63,655 nucleotides of DNA, filler included, from Guillardia theta CCMP2712 (GCF_000315625.1; 7 parts of 7 records of this genome joined end to end with filler, not necessarily neighbours in it), one strand, 5' to 3'. Positions 13,066-24,798 are shown, counted from the first letter of the whole stretch. The notes: a model not told the origin generated them from the letters alone. Translations and numbers: made by a program.

Positions 13066-13165
13066 NNNNNNNNNNNNNNNNNNNNNNNNNNNNNNNNNNN
13101 NNNNNNNNNTTAATTAATTAANNNNNNNNNNNNNNNNNNNNNNNNNNNNNNNNNNNNNNNNNNNN
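13066..13165. other. Artificial contig linker (N44-TTAATTAATTAA-N44)
   Basis: Identical 100-bp six-frame-stop blocks also at 32652-32751, 48155-48254, 56816-56915, 58613-58712 and 62084-62183. Confidence 0.95.
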
Positions 13166-13284
13166 TTGCGGATAATCTCTTGCTCGCTGTTGAGAGCGGG
13201 CAGTGTCAGAGGTTATCAGACAACCTCGTCGCTCCTGTCACCTGCTGGTGGGCGAGGTTCTGCTGGAGATCGGGAGCATGCAGC

Positions 13285-15194
13285 TCATCTGATAGAAAGA
13301 AAGCATTGAGAGACGCAGGGGAGGGCCACAATATTCAAAGTCAGGAGGAGGAGGAGGAGGAGGAGGAGGAGGAGGAGGAGGAGGAGGAGAAGTAAACTTA
13401 TCACCTGCCGCTGTGGCGCAGGGAGCAAGGAGTGCAGTTGGACCAGCTGGGTCATATCGGAGAATCCGAGCAGGAGCCTAACGACGGCAGTGCTTCTGTT
13501 CCCGCGAACTTCCTCCGCACAAGACAGCTGGGTCGAGAGCAGAGCAACAGCGTCCACCAGCCCGACGAGCTCAGTCGCCAGCGACTCGGACGACTCCAAG
13601 TACTTGCCGTCCGCCGGGCCACAGGGGACGAGGAGGGCAGCGGAGGCGTCCTCCTCCCCCCGAGCCAATGACCACGAGCGCAGGCGCTGCAAGAAGCTCG
13701 CCTTGGACTTGTTCTTCCTCCTCTCCCCCATCTCACCGCAAATCACCATGATGACGTCACCGGAGGCGAAGCTGCCGTAAGAAAAATTTCCTCTCTCTAC
13801 CTCCACCCAGCTCGTCCTCCAAGCTCTGTCTTGCGGCAGGACGGTCTGCTGCACGTAGAAGCGGGAGGGAGACGAGATGGTCCTGCCCAGCCAGACAATG
13901 TTGACTATCTTCTGACTTGCGTTGCTCTGCTTCAGATAGAGATCTCTCCTACCGCCGTCTACCTCCTGCAAGGAAAACTCCTCCTCCCCAACTGACTTTA
14001 GCCTATCCATCGCCTCCTCCAACGTCCTCTGCCTGCCTTCCGCCTTCTCCCCCGCCCCCCCCTCCTCCTGATCCTCCCCTCCCTCTCCCCTCCCCTTCTC
14101 AACATCATCAGGAGGAAACGGAAGCTCATCATCCTGCATGTAGTTCTCCGGAGCGAAGTCGTCGACCTGGCGGTTCAGCAGCAGCACAGGAAGCTTGGGG
14201 TTGAAGATCTTGGCGAACGCCGAGAGGAGGGAGGAGGTGCGGAGGAGGAAGCTTGTCCTCGACAGCACCAGACTCTCCACCAGCGCCTCCTGCCCCTTCC
14301 TCATCGGCGACCCCTCGAACTCCCACGCCCACAGCGGCATTGCGTCTCCCCCCGCGTCCTCAGACCGAAGGAAGCCCTCCTGCGTGACCATCGCACCTGG
14401 GGGCAGGCGCTTAGAGAGGAACTCGATGAATCGTCTCTCATCAGTCGCCACGTAGACGAGGGAGGAAGGGAAGTGCTTGCGGTAGCGCTCTATCGCCCTC
14501 AGCACTTCGTCCCACGGCACCCGCGGGGCCTCTCCTCGGCTCCTTCCGCTCTTGTCCAGCCCCCGGTAGTGGACCCCCAGCACATGCTTCCCCCCGAACA
14601 CTCGCTCCACGTACGACTGCACCTGCTCCAGCACCCAGCGCTTTGGCTGGAGAAAGGACGTGACGATGTCATGATCGCTGCTCAGGTTCCGAAGCTTGCG
14701 GGGGATAACGACGGTCTCCTCGTACCTCCGCTGCTCCTCCTCCACATGCTCCACCTCCCCCCGGGCAAGATCCTCATCATCCCTGTGGGAGCCTTGGAGA
14801 GCCAGTCCTCTCCTCTCACCGCGTCCGCGTACTTGTCGAGGTAGGGCGCCAGAACCTTCCTCCGAATCGCCTCCCTCTCCCTCTCGCTGACCATGGGCTG
14901 AGTGAAGAAGTACTCGATCCAGTTGTCGCCGTATGTCTCCTCCCAGAAGTTCCCTCCATGGAGGAAGAAGAAAGGCTTCATCCCCAGGTGCCGAGCATAG
15001 CGCACCATGTTGGTCACGTAGCTCAGGTGCGCGAAGAACCCGCTCAGTACGAGGTTGCACACCAAGATCCCCCGCACGATCCTCTCGTCCTCCTCGTCCT
15101 CTTCCTTCGGCGTCGGAGCAAGTGACACATGGAAGTGTAGCAAGAGCAGCACCGAGAGCAGGAGGAGAGGAGGAAGTCGAGCAGCAATCGCCAT
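13285..15194 (-). CDS. NodZ/GT23-like fucosyltransferase with signal peptide and C-terminal extension; apparent 1-nt frameshift near 14760
   Basis: Leader PPLLLLSVLLLLHFHVSLA; SGFFAHL...DNWIEYFFTQP; GDP-fucose-binding motifs LGVHYRGLDK, VYVATDE and EALVESLVLSRTSFLLRTSSLLSAFA. ORFs 14682..15200 and 13285..15060 join if one G is added to a G6 run. Confidence 0.75.
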
Positions 15195-15471
15195 CCTCAC
15201 ACTTTCATCAAGGTTCCAACCTCACGCTCCAGCCTTCCGTGTGCCGGCGACGGACTGCTTCGAAGATGACGGGCATGTTGGTGGTGATGTTCAACACTAC
15301 CAAGTCTTCATATCATGCCCTGAGCGAACATGTTACGAAGACGACTATGGCCATGGCGAGATTCTCGTTTTCTGCAACGGGGGCAAAACAATCAGAACAG
15401 AAGAGAATCAGGAATCTGTCGAAGTTCAATGTTCAGAAGTCATAAATGGGACAAAGACACTGCTCGAGAAA

Positions 15472-15534
15472 TCCTCATCCTCATCCTCATCCTCATCCTC
15501 ATCCTCATGCGCATGCTCATGCTCATGCTCATCC

Positions 15535-15620
<86 letters not shown>

Positions 15621-15660
15621 TTCTTCTTCTTCTGCTCCATCTTCTTCTTCTTCATCTTCT
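15472..15660. repeat. (TCATCC)n/(TCATGC)n/(TCA)n/(TCT)n compound microsatellite
   Basis: Direct reading. Confidence 0.95.
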
Positions 15661-16183
15661 CCTTCCTCTCATCTCTCTCCTCGCCCTCTCCCTCCGTGCA
15701 CAAAAGATCTCCGCCATATCATTGAACCCCCGACAAGGTTCGGTCCTATCAGAAGGAGGGGTGAGGGTCATATACCCCACCGTATCTTTATCTATCAATA
15801 TTGAGCTCTTGGTACCGGTGTGAATTAGTCCACAGGGGTACCATATTCTCGCAGATGGCGTTGGGGGTTGGGTTCTGCATAGTATTCTACTCCAAGAAAA
15901 AAATGGGGTACTTTATTGGTAAAATATGGGGTGGGGTAAAGTCATTGTGGGAATTAGTACGGTGGGTGGTTGTGGTACAAGGGCGGGGATCATGGCAAGG
16001 CAGGGAGGAAGAACAGGACGGGAGGAGGAGGAGGAGGAGGAGTAGCAGAGGAGGGGAGTGAGAGAGACAGCGTGAGAGACTTCATCTGGATCCCCTTACG
16101 CTCCTTCTGTGCTTCATTTGATCTTCCTGTCCCGTCACCGTCTGCGCTCTGCATTGTTCGGAACAAGTTGGACGCAGGAAAGC

Positions 16184-18927
16184 ATGGGATCGCGCGAAGT
16201 CATGGGTGCACTGATCTTTGTCGTCATCGCGACGTTCTGCAATTCTTTGGAGAGCAGCTTTCCCGTTGCCAATCGTCTGCTCCGCCCGGCATGCAGGGTT
16301 GTGCGCTTGAGGGGAGGGAGTGAGAGCACGGCGATACAGCCCTACGATTCTGTCGGCAAGCAGCTGGAGAGTGATGAGATTGAGCCAGGGCTGAATGCCA
16401 CCTACCTCAAGCAGGGAGAAGGCTTCATGCGCCCTGGCGCTGAGGACGAGATCCTCGTATCCTACGTAGTGAGGAGCCATGGCGAGGTGTTGAGGGAGCA
16501 GGAGGTGCCGGTTTGGGTGTACCTGGGGCAGGGCGCCTTCCCCGACCATGTGGAGAGAGCGATCCGCAAGAGGCTGACGCGGTACTCGACGCTGAGTATC
16601 GTCTACAACGAGACGGAGGAGGAGTTCGAAGTCTCCCTCCTGGACTGGAACACCGTGTGGACGTCGGGTGACGGGAGGATTGCTTTCAAGTCCTATGGGC
16701 AGCCGACCAACTACAGCCCGCCGGTGGGGGACAGCGACAACATCACTGTCGCGCTCTCGGAGAAGAGAGTCTCATGGTGGAGCAACGTCAGCAGCAGCAA
16801 GGACGCCATGGTGAGCTACCTCCGGTCGCTGGACGAGGAGCGGGAGGGGCTGAAGACAGTCAGCGCCAAAGTCCCCCAGACTCTAATGAGCATGTCGCCC
16901 GAGATGCTGCAGCTGATGTCGAAGACGGCGGCGTCTCTCAAGGTTCAGGACGGCTTCCTGCGGTCGAGGAGGAGGCAGGTCACCGCGGTGCTGGGGAACG
17001 AGGAGGTGCAGCCGCAAGAGCTGGAGCTGGCACTGCACTTTCTGCGGCCCGGGCAGAACGCGACCTTGCTCGTGGCCGTCAACCACACGCTGGAGGAGGG
17101 GAAGGAGACGCAGGTCGGCCGTCTGGCCTGTCCTCTCCCCCTGCCGTTGGGAGGTGCGCTGCAGTTCTGATCGACTTCCTCCCAGGTGGACGAGGGTACC
17201 GCGATCCTATACCACATTGAGCTCATCAGGGATGACTCAGCAGATGAAGTCAGCACAGAGCAGAGGTAGGAGCGGGACGCACGCGTCCTTCACCTTCCTC
17301 CTCCCCTGAGCGCTTGGAGCACAGGCTTCAGATCGCGTTGCAGAGGAAGGAGAAAGGAAACTTCTACTTCGGCCAGAAGAATTATGCCCGCGCCCTCACC
17401 CTTTATGGCCGAGCTATGACCATGGTGCTCCTGCTGTATATTCCTGCTCCTGCTCCTGCCCCTACCCATCATCGTCTTAGACCTCTCGTCATCCTCTGCT
17501 ATCCTTCGTCCCGTCTGCCCCTGCCGCCTCCTTGTCTGCATCTTTCTGTTTCTCTCCTGTTCCTCCTCTTTACCTGGACCGTCAGATTGGCGCGAGTGCG
17601 GATGACGAGCATGTTCGCAATGCTACTTCCAACCAGTACGCGAAAACGGAGCTGGCAGATGAGGTATCTTTGCTTGTACTTCCCCTACTCTGTTATCTTC
17701 TCTCCCATCCTCCAAAACCCTCACTGTTGTTCTCCTTCGTCTTACTCCCTCATCCTTCGTCTTCCTCCCCACTCCCTCGCTCCCTCGCTCCCTCCCTCAG
17801 TTCACGACCGCCATCGCCGCTGATCTCCTGCAGGTGCGCGAGATCGAGGTCTCGCTCCTCTTAAACGCTGCCTCCTGCCACCTTCGCATGCCGAAAACCC
17901 TCATGTCCTCAGAGCAAGTGAGCGCGCTAGGAGGAAGCAAGGACGCGCATCCTGCTCAACGAGCGCTGATCGCCATCGACCGAGCCATCACCTTGAAGCC
18001 CAACAACAGTGTGTCACCTCCTCCCCTCCTCCTCCTCCCCCTCGTCACGGGTGGTTGCAGCAAAAGCTTTCCTGCGGCGGTCCGAGGCCCACGAGCAACT
18101 CAGAGAGTATCATATCGCTATGCAGGATGTGAAGATGGTCGTAATATCCCTCCATCCTATCTTCTTCGCCGCGTTCCTTATCTCCTCAGATTCGTTCCTG
18201 TCCTGTGCTTCTCGCCCTCCTCTTCTCTCTCCCCTCCCTTCCTCTCGTTTCTGTTCCTCCCTCCATTGCCCCATCTGCCACCAACCTCCCTCCTGCTCAC
18301 TTGAAGTTAGGCGATGATCTTGCAAGGAGATGTAAACTCGACGGCGTGCGACAAAAGGATGGGCAGGTTGAAGCAGCTCGCGCGCATACAAGACAAGAAG
18401 GACGCCAAGGTCTTTGCCAAGATGTTTGAGCCGAGCAAGGAGAAACCTCGCATCAAGTCTCGATCGCAGGAGGAGGAGGAGCATGTGAGACGCTGGACAG
18501 GGAGAGGAAAGGGGATGACGTGTGCGGCAGAGGATCGAGATGCTCGAGACGAACATCAGTGCCACGGACGACGCCAAGACGTCGCGGTGAAAATCCCTCT
18601 GCCCCCCAGCTCCTGCCGGCTCCTCTCATCCTTCTCTCCTTATCGCCTCCCTTAAATTTGACATGCTTACCCCCCCCCCCCCCCCATCCCCCCCGACATC
18701 CTCTGACCTTCTGCAACAGCATGAAAGCGGCTCAACAAGCCCTGCCTGTTCCCCCCGTCGAGCCGTCAACCTTCAAGGAAGCACCTGCTGAAGTCGTTCC
18801 TCTTCCTCCACTCAACACTTCCAGTCGCATCCTCGTCAATGACGCTGAAGCCCGGCAAGTCATCCAGCAAGGAGGATGGCTGTACGAGCCTGACAACGAG
18901 CCGAGGGATGGCTGCGAGGTGAGGTAG
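16184..18927 (+). CDS. FKBP-like domain(s) + TPR protein with N-terminal signal peptide, multi-exon
   Basis: KQGEGFMRPGAEDEILVSY...LGQGAFPDHVERAI...FEVSLLDW and VLGNEEVQPQELELALHFLRPGQNATL (degenerate FKBP folds). TPR exons: ALQRKEKGNFYFGQKNYARALTLYGRA, LLLNAASCHL, DRAITLKPNN|SKAFLRRSEAHEQLREYHIAMQD. Confidence 0.75.
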
Positions 18928-19249
18928 TGGAGTGAGGAGGGTAAGATGATGATGAAGCGATGGGATGAAGTTGGATGAAGGGCATGTTTGATCGAGTGAT
19001 GATGAAAGTGCTTGTGCGATAATGCACTGAGAAGCATCAACTCACGTAAAAGAAAGACTTAACAAACTTCGAGATTTTCTCTGTTTAATGTTTTCAACCT
19101 TGGGGAGCAAAGAAAAATGAGCACATTTTCAACGAGCTCGCCCAAGCACGCGTTCTAGCATACAGATGCTTCAATGTACAACTTCTATACAAACACAGTG
19201 ATTGCCGCCAGCGGCAAACAACAGAACTTCGTCTTCCGGAAGAATGAGC

Positions 19250-20406
19250 TCAGTTATTCTTCCAGAAGTCCGTCAAAACCGTGTTCATGCAATCTTCCAT
19301 GAACTTCCTGTGAATCGAGAGGTTGTCGTCCTTGACCTCATGCAGGACTTCCAACCAGCACTCAGCCACATTCTGTCGCTGCGCCATGATCCTCGCTCCC
19401 ATGTCCAGCGGATCGATAAGACACAACGTGTCAGCATCGCGTCCCGTTCCCGAGATCACACGAGGAGGCTCGTTCAGGATGTCGTTAAGAAAGTTCCATC
19501 CCACTCGGCGAGTCTGGACGGTCCCGAACGAGCGGGTCCCTCTGTTCTGCATGTACTCCTTGAGCCAGATGGCCGAGTGCTCGTCCTTGGGGTTCGCTGC
19601 CAGCTCCTCCATCACCTGCTCACAAGCGATGTGCGTGCAGAACTTGATGAGGAGGTCGTAGTTGTCGATCCGCAGAGCAGAGTCATCGTCAGTGGTGATG
19701 AGGAGCCTGTGCTGCTTGTGGAGCTCGGGGTCGGTCCCGTTGTGCTGGACCTTGGCAAGATGATGGCGCCAGTGCTCGGCGTTCTCCCGGGCAACGAGCT
19801 GCAGGTCCTTCTGCCATTCACCCGCGATGTGCTCGCGCAGCTCCATGATCGCAATCGCAGCCTTTCTTGGCCTGATCATCGTCGAGATCTCCATGAACTG
19901 CTCCTGGATGTATGGGTTGCCGCTCGTTCCTCCTCTGTATAGCATCCTCTTCATCTTGTACTCTGAGTCTGCCTGACGATAGAGCTTGGAGATGTACTCA
20001 TGCCATCCGACCTTGAGAGCTCCGTACCCATGCAGGTTGCAAACACCTGATAAGGCGATCAGACTACTAAAAGCATTTAAACACGCAAACACACACCTTG
20101 ATGCTCCATGAAGTCTTCGATGTAGTTGAAGTTTGGGTGGTCACCAACTTCCTTGAGGTTGTGCAAGTACGTCTGGAGGGACCTCTGCGTCAGGAAGTCC
20201 TTGAGGACGTTGGCATGCCCTCTATTCATCTTCATGACCAGGCGGTCTGCGAGCCTTGCTCCGTGGAGCGGGCGAGCAGAAGATTGCTTGAGGCATGCCT
20301 TTTTGAAGTAAAGATTGGGTGCGAATGCTGGTTTCGTGCTGGTAGGAAAGCTTGTAGCAACATTCAGGACGAAGAGGACCGAGCTTAGATACATAAATGA
20401 TCCCAT
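19250..20406 (-). CDS. Putative plastid-targeted protein with two tandem RbcX-like domains (2 exons, intron about 20048-20097)
   Basis: Signal peptide MGSFMYLSSVLFVLNVATS-F plus a basic Ser/Ala-rich transit-like region. Repeat 1: DFLTQRSLQTYL...IMELREHIAGEW...ENAEHWRHHL. Repeat 2: KFCTHIACEQVMEEL...AIWLKEY...RIMAQRQNVAECWLEVL...DNLSIHRKFM. Confidence 0.7.
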
Positions 20407-20829
20407 GGTTTCGATTTCACAGAATAGATGATGTCAATGGCTCTGATAAGGGGGCCAGAACGAGAGCTGGAGCAGAAGGATGGAACAACTGAAGGGACGA
20501 AGTGGATGCAGCGGCCAAACCAGTCCACCAACGATGATTTTCGTGCGAGACTGCCTAGTTGCACTGCGAGCGAGATAAGTCCGTTGACTTGTAAGCCCGC
20601 ACTTCCTGTGCTTGCCTGGGAGAGCAAGAGCAAGAACTGGGAAGAGGGAGAGAGCAGAGGTGAATGCCTTGCTCAGAGGGCCGGGGAAGGTGTGGGAGCG
20701 AGAGGATGGGTAAGGAGGATGGGAGGAACGGATCTGCAGGATGCAATTAAGATCGAGGGAGTAGAGCGGGAGGAAAGGGTTCCGGTCAACCGGCCCCAAA
20801 TATCCGGTGAGGGTGTTGAAATTATGGAA

Positions 20830-22145
20830 CTTTGATAATTTTGTTTTTTCAACATTTCAAAACTGAACGAATATTTATTAGTGATTACACACCTTTGTGA
20901 GCCCTTGGCACGAAATACTTGAGCGTATTGACCCCAACATTGAAACAGCTCCACGAAAGGGCCTCCCTAGCTTCTATGAACTTTCCTATGACCTTGCAAT
21001 GTATGTATGCTAGCACCCCCTAGTATTTCTGCAATGTAGAGTCGCTACGACCCACAGGTAGCCTGTTTACGGGGGATCTTAAAAAGACAATTTAAAATTT
21101 AAAACTGTATTTTGAGGTGTGAGTGGTACCGTGTAAGGTTTTACCTTTTTAATTTCAAAAATAAAGTAGAGAATTTGTTTATATATTCTTTTTACTTATA
21201 CGTACAATCTAGAAGGAACGACCCTTCGTTTATAACTGATTTCAATCTGTACCAGGTCTGACCCTTAGCGGACGCAATGAGCTGAAAAACAAGCTTTTGG
21301 CGCCCCCATCCAAATTTACAGCGTTTTACACTTTATTCTGTATGTTTGGGTTTTTAAAACTTAGGAAAAAAACGGTTCCGCCCGTTCGAATTTCAATCTA
21401 AACACCAACTAAACTACTTTCTACCCACCCTGTCTCTCTTTCTACCCTTACCACCAAGCATCCATTCGTGCTGAAGACGATAATATAGCATCAGTATAGG
21501 AAAAACCTTGTAGGGGCCCACCTACCCTGTTTGGAGAAAACTCCATTGCATAGTACCCTACCGATGAACCTTCAAATAGGCCACCATACCCATATCCATG
21601 AATTGAGTTTATTTCCGGAGGCGGGAAACAACTTCGAGAAAGGGTAGGGTAGTGGATAATGATAAGTCCTTTCAGGCATGGAGGCTTTATCAGGGTAGGG
21701 TACATGTTTACAATGGCAGAGAACGGAATGGAATTGGTAGGGGTTCTAAAATTGTGAGAGGGGGTACTTTTGTCCTGACAAAAGAACTGGATTGGTGATG
21801 CTCGATTTTGTTTGCCAGGGGTGGGGTAGGTTTATATGGGGTAGGTACACCTAGTTGCAGGTATATAACTGTTTATTGGTTAAAAAATATAAAACCAATG
21901 GTATTTTTAAAAATGAAAACAAATCTAAAAATACACCTTTTACTTCATCCGTTGAATCGAAACCGAGTTTTTTTAACATGGCGCGCCTCGGAACTGAATC
22001 GTAGCTCTGCAACCTCATGTCAGAAGGTTCTTCAGCACGATTTCCAGGGTGGTGGGTACCAATATACCCCTCCGATTATATCTTTAAAATTAGGGGTACT
22101 CGTATATGAGTAGAGGGTGGTTGAATCCACAGGGCCAGGGGATAG
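20830..22145. promoter_or_regulatory. AT-rich intergenic block rich in GGGTA/TACCC motifs (putative divergent promoter region)
   Basis: More than a dozen copies, e.g. gggtagggta near 21641, gggtagggtac near 21692, ggggtaggtac near 21838, gggtacc near 22055 and ggggtac near 22093. Lies between divergent genes. Function is inferred. Confidence 0.4.
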
Positions 22146-22199
22146 TAAAGATCCTGATCACGGCGAGTCACTTATGACTTCAGTTCAGGCCCTTCGTCA

Positions 22200-23200
22200 A
22201 CAGCTACGAGGATCCGGACGGTCCGGGACTCCCGGACGGTGCCCAGCCAGGCATCTTATTACTAGCCCTTTGAGTAAAGAATCCCGGGCTTGACTGACTC
22301 TGCCATTGTGACTCAGTGAATCGGAAACCGTACTCCGACTCGGCCCGGGCCGCGCCGCACCGTCACTGTGACCGGGCCACACTGACCGTTTCAGCCGGCC
22401 CGAGGCTCACTGCCGCAGTGCTCGGAGCCTCGGACTGACTCCTTCGTCGGAAGTTCACTGGGTCAAGTTCGGACGAATCAAGTTGAATCATCATTCAAAT
22501 CATAGTAGCCAAGTCAGGCTAGTACCGCCGGTAGTACCGTGCTCAAAATTGAAACTCCGAGTGCATGGCGTGACTGAGTGCGGCCCCCGGCGCCGCCCCC
22601 GCGGCTTGCCAACCGTAACGTCAGTGCGGCGACCGGACTCGGGGTGACTCCTGAGTCGGACCGGACGCCGCCGGGGTCCCCGGTGTGGCGCAGTCCGACC
22701 GTATCGGACTGGCACGGTCCCGCCGGACTCACGACTCAAACCCTGACCGTTGCTGAAGGTCCGACCGTCCGTACTGATCGGACTCCCGGGCCGGAGTCCG
22801 AGTTCGGTCCCGGGGCGGATTCACAGGGCCCGGGGCCCGGCCGGGCAGTGCCGCACTCAGTGCGGCAACCCGGCGTTGGCAAGTTCAACAGTACGGTACG
22901 GTCCGACGGTCCTGGCCCAGCGGCGAACCGTCGACGGTCACCGGGGTCACCCCCTGGCCCGGCGCCGCGCCCACCGTCACGGCGGCCCGTGTCCTCAGGC
23001 TGATCATCCGGCCCGGTCGTCCGAGCCGGGTGACACTGACCCGTGCAGTGAGACTGCCGCCTCCGAGGCTCGGCGGCCCCGGGCACGGTGAGTGACAATG
23101 CGGCCGGCACTTCCGAAGTTCGGGCCACCTGGCCCGGGCGGCGGCGCGGCGACCGTCACTCGGACTGGACCGACCGTCGACGAGGCTCATCGCCAGCGGC
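22200..23200. repeat. 1-kb GC-rich short-palindrome block upstream of the SLC17 gene
   Basis: Repeated words gactc/gagtc, cccggg, ccggcccgg, cggtcc/ggaccg, gtacggt and cagtg/cactg, without a fixed period. Confidence 0.65.
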
Positions 23201-23208
23201 CAGCTGGG

Positions 23209-24798
23209 ATGGCGGCGTCTTCTTCGGCAGGGGGCGCGGGGCCCTCGGCAGCCCCTGCTCCCTCCTCCTTCTCGCTCTCCACGGCTCATGTACGACCAAC
23301 TCCCTTGAGAAATGATGCAGGGTTCACAGGGAGAGGAGAAGGGGGGGAGGCAAACGAGGACGGGGGTGGGGAGGAGGAGGAAGAGGATGGGGGGAGAGTT
23401 GACGATCCGTGGGAGGAGAAGAAGCTCTTGCACGATACCCCCAGGGGATACATCCCGAAGAGATTCATCCTCTCTCTCCTCTTGCACCTGGGTCTCTTCG
23501 TGGTTTATGCTCTTCGCGTTTGCATCAGCGTGGCAGCGGCAGCGCCAAGCGCCCACGCCCTTCCCTCCAACTCCTCGGTTCCCACAGAGGTCACGGGCGT
23601 GAGCATGTATACGGAGTACTCGTGGACCAACACGGAGCAGGGCATCATCTTGGGCTCGTTCTTCAATGGCTACATCACAACCCAGATCATCGGAGGGATA
23701 CTCGCCCGCAGGTACGGGGGTAAGTCTGTCCTGTTTGGAGGGGTCCTGCTAGCCTCTCTTTTCACCTTTCTCACCCCTCCTGCGTCCAAGAACTTCACCA
23801 TGCTGGTGATCTGCAGAACTCTCATGGGCGCGGTGGAAGGCGTTTCGTTTCCTGCCATCCTCACCATCATTGGTCACTGGGCCCCTGCCCAGGAGCGCTC
23901 GACCATGGTCGGCTTCGTTTACGCGGGTGCGTACACGGGCAACGTCGTGACCTTCCCGCTATCTGCATGGATCATGGACACGTACGGATGGCGCACCATC
24001 TTTTACTTCTTTGCTTGCCTGGGCTTCCTGTGGTGCCTGCTGTTTCACCTGTTCACAACCTCCACTCCCTCGCAGCACAGGAGCATGCATGCGGCCGAGC
24101 TCAACAAGATCCTGGCGACGACACAGGTAGCAGAAGACGTTCCTGCCACTGTTCCTTGGAAGAAGATCCTGGTCTGCATGCCGGCGTGGGCACTGTTCGT
24201 TGTTCACACGTGCTTCAACTGGGCCTTCTACACGCTCCTGACCCAGCTCCCCTCCTATATGGCGCTGGTGCTCGGGTTCAACATGCAGCAGTCCGGCTTC
24301 TTGTCTTCCATGCCCTACCTCTTCATGTTCATCGTCTCCATCCTAGGAGGGATGCTGGCCGACTGGACCATCTCCCGGGGCCTCCTCTCCAGGACGAGGG
24401 TCAGGAAGACATGGATGGTGACTTCCCTCATGGTCCCGGCCTGCTGCCTCGTCCTCTGCGGCTATGCCTCCTCCTGGCCCGTCGCCATCTTCTTCATGAC
24501 CTGTGCCCTGGGCTTCTCGGGGCTGAGCAACGCGGGTTACAGCGCCAACTACCTGGAGATCTCTGCTGGACTCTCGGGCATTCTGATATCGCTCGGCAAC
24601 ACTTTGGCGACGGTGCCTGGGATGGTGTCGCCTGTCTTGACCGGCGTCATCATGGACGCGCACGGATGCTCGATCGAGCATGTGAGCAGCTGCCAGCAGG
24701 CCTATCAGACTGTCTTCTGGATCGCCTTCATGGTGTACACCTTCGGTGCTGTGTTCTATGCTACTTTCGCAACGTCGGAGCGTGTGCTCAAGTTCTGA
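23209..24798 (+). CDS. MFS anion:cation symporter (SLC17/sialin/PHT4-like), intronless
   Basis: IPKRFIL...YALRVCISVA, YSWTNTEQGIILGSFFNGYITTQIIGG, EGVSFPA...WAPAQERS, VPWKKIL, LLTQLPSYM...GFLSSMPY, GNTLATVPGMVSP; about 12 TM helices. Confidence 0.95.
   Translation: MAASSSAGGAGPSAAPAPSSFSLSTAHVRPTPLRNDAGFTGRGEGGEANEDGGGEEEEEDGGRVDDPWEEKKLLHDTPRGYIPKRFILSLLLHLGLFVVYALRVCISVAAAAPSAHALPSNSSVPTEVTGVSMYTEYSWTNTEQGIILGSFFNGYITTQIIGGILARRYGGKSVLFGGVLLASLFTFLTPPASKNFTMLVICRTLMGAVEGVSFPAILTIIGHWAPAQERSTMVGFVYAGAYTGNVVTFPLSAWIMDTYGWRTIFYFFACLGFLWCLLFHLFTTSTPSQHRSMHAAELNKILATTQVAEDVPATVPWKKILVCMPAWALFVVHTCFNWAFYTLLTQLPSYMALVLGFNMQQSGFLSSMPYLFMFIVSILGGMLADWTISRGLLSRTRVRKTWMVTSLMVPACCLVLCGYASSWPVAIFFMTCALGFSGLSNAGYSANYLEISAGLSGILISLGNTLATVPGMVSPVLTGVIMDAHGCSIEHVSSCQQAYQTVFWIAFMVYTFGAVFYATFATSERVLKF

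Noticed and set aside
13110-13121. TTAATTAATTAA palindrome recurring six times
   Set aside because: It is always centred in 44+44 Ns, so it is an assembly linker. Adjacency across these points is not reliable.
15330-15823. Poly-His/Met/Ile/Ser ORFs, and similar ORFs at 400-990, 1630-2160, 48200-48715 and 56440-57150
   Set aside because: These are translations of microsatellites.
22500-23128. Pro/Gly/Arg-rich ORFs on both strands and the N-terminal extension of ORF 23092
   Set aside because: Stop-poor GC-rich block. The SLC17 gene more plausibly starts at ATG 23209.
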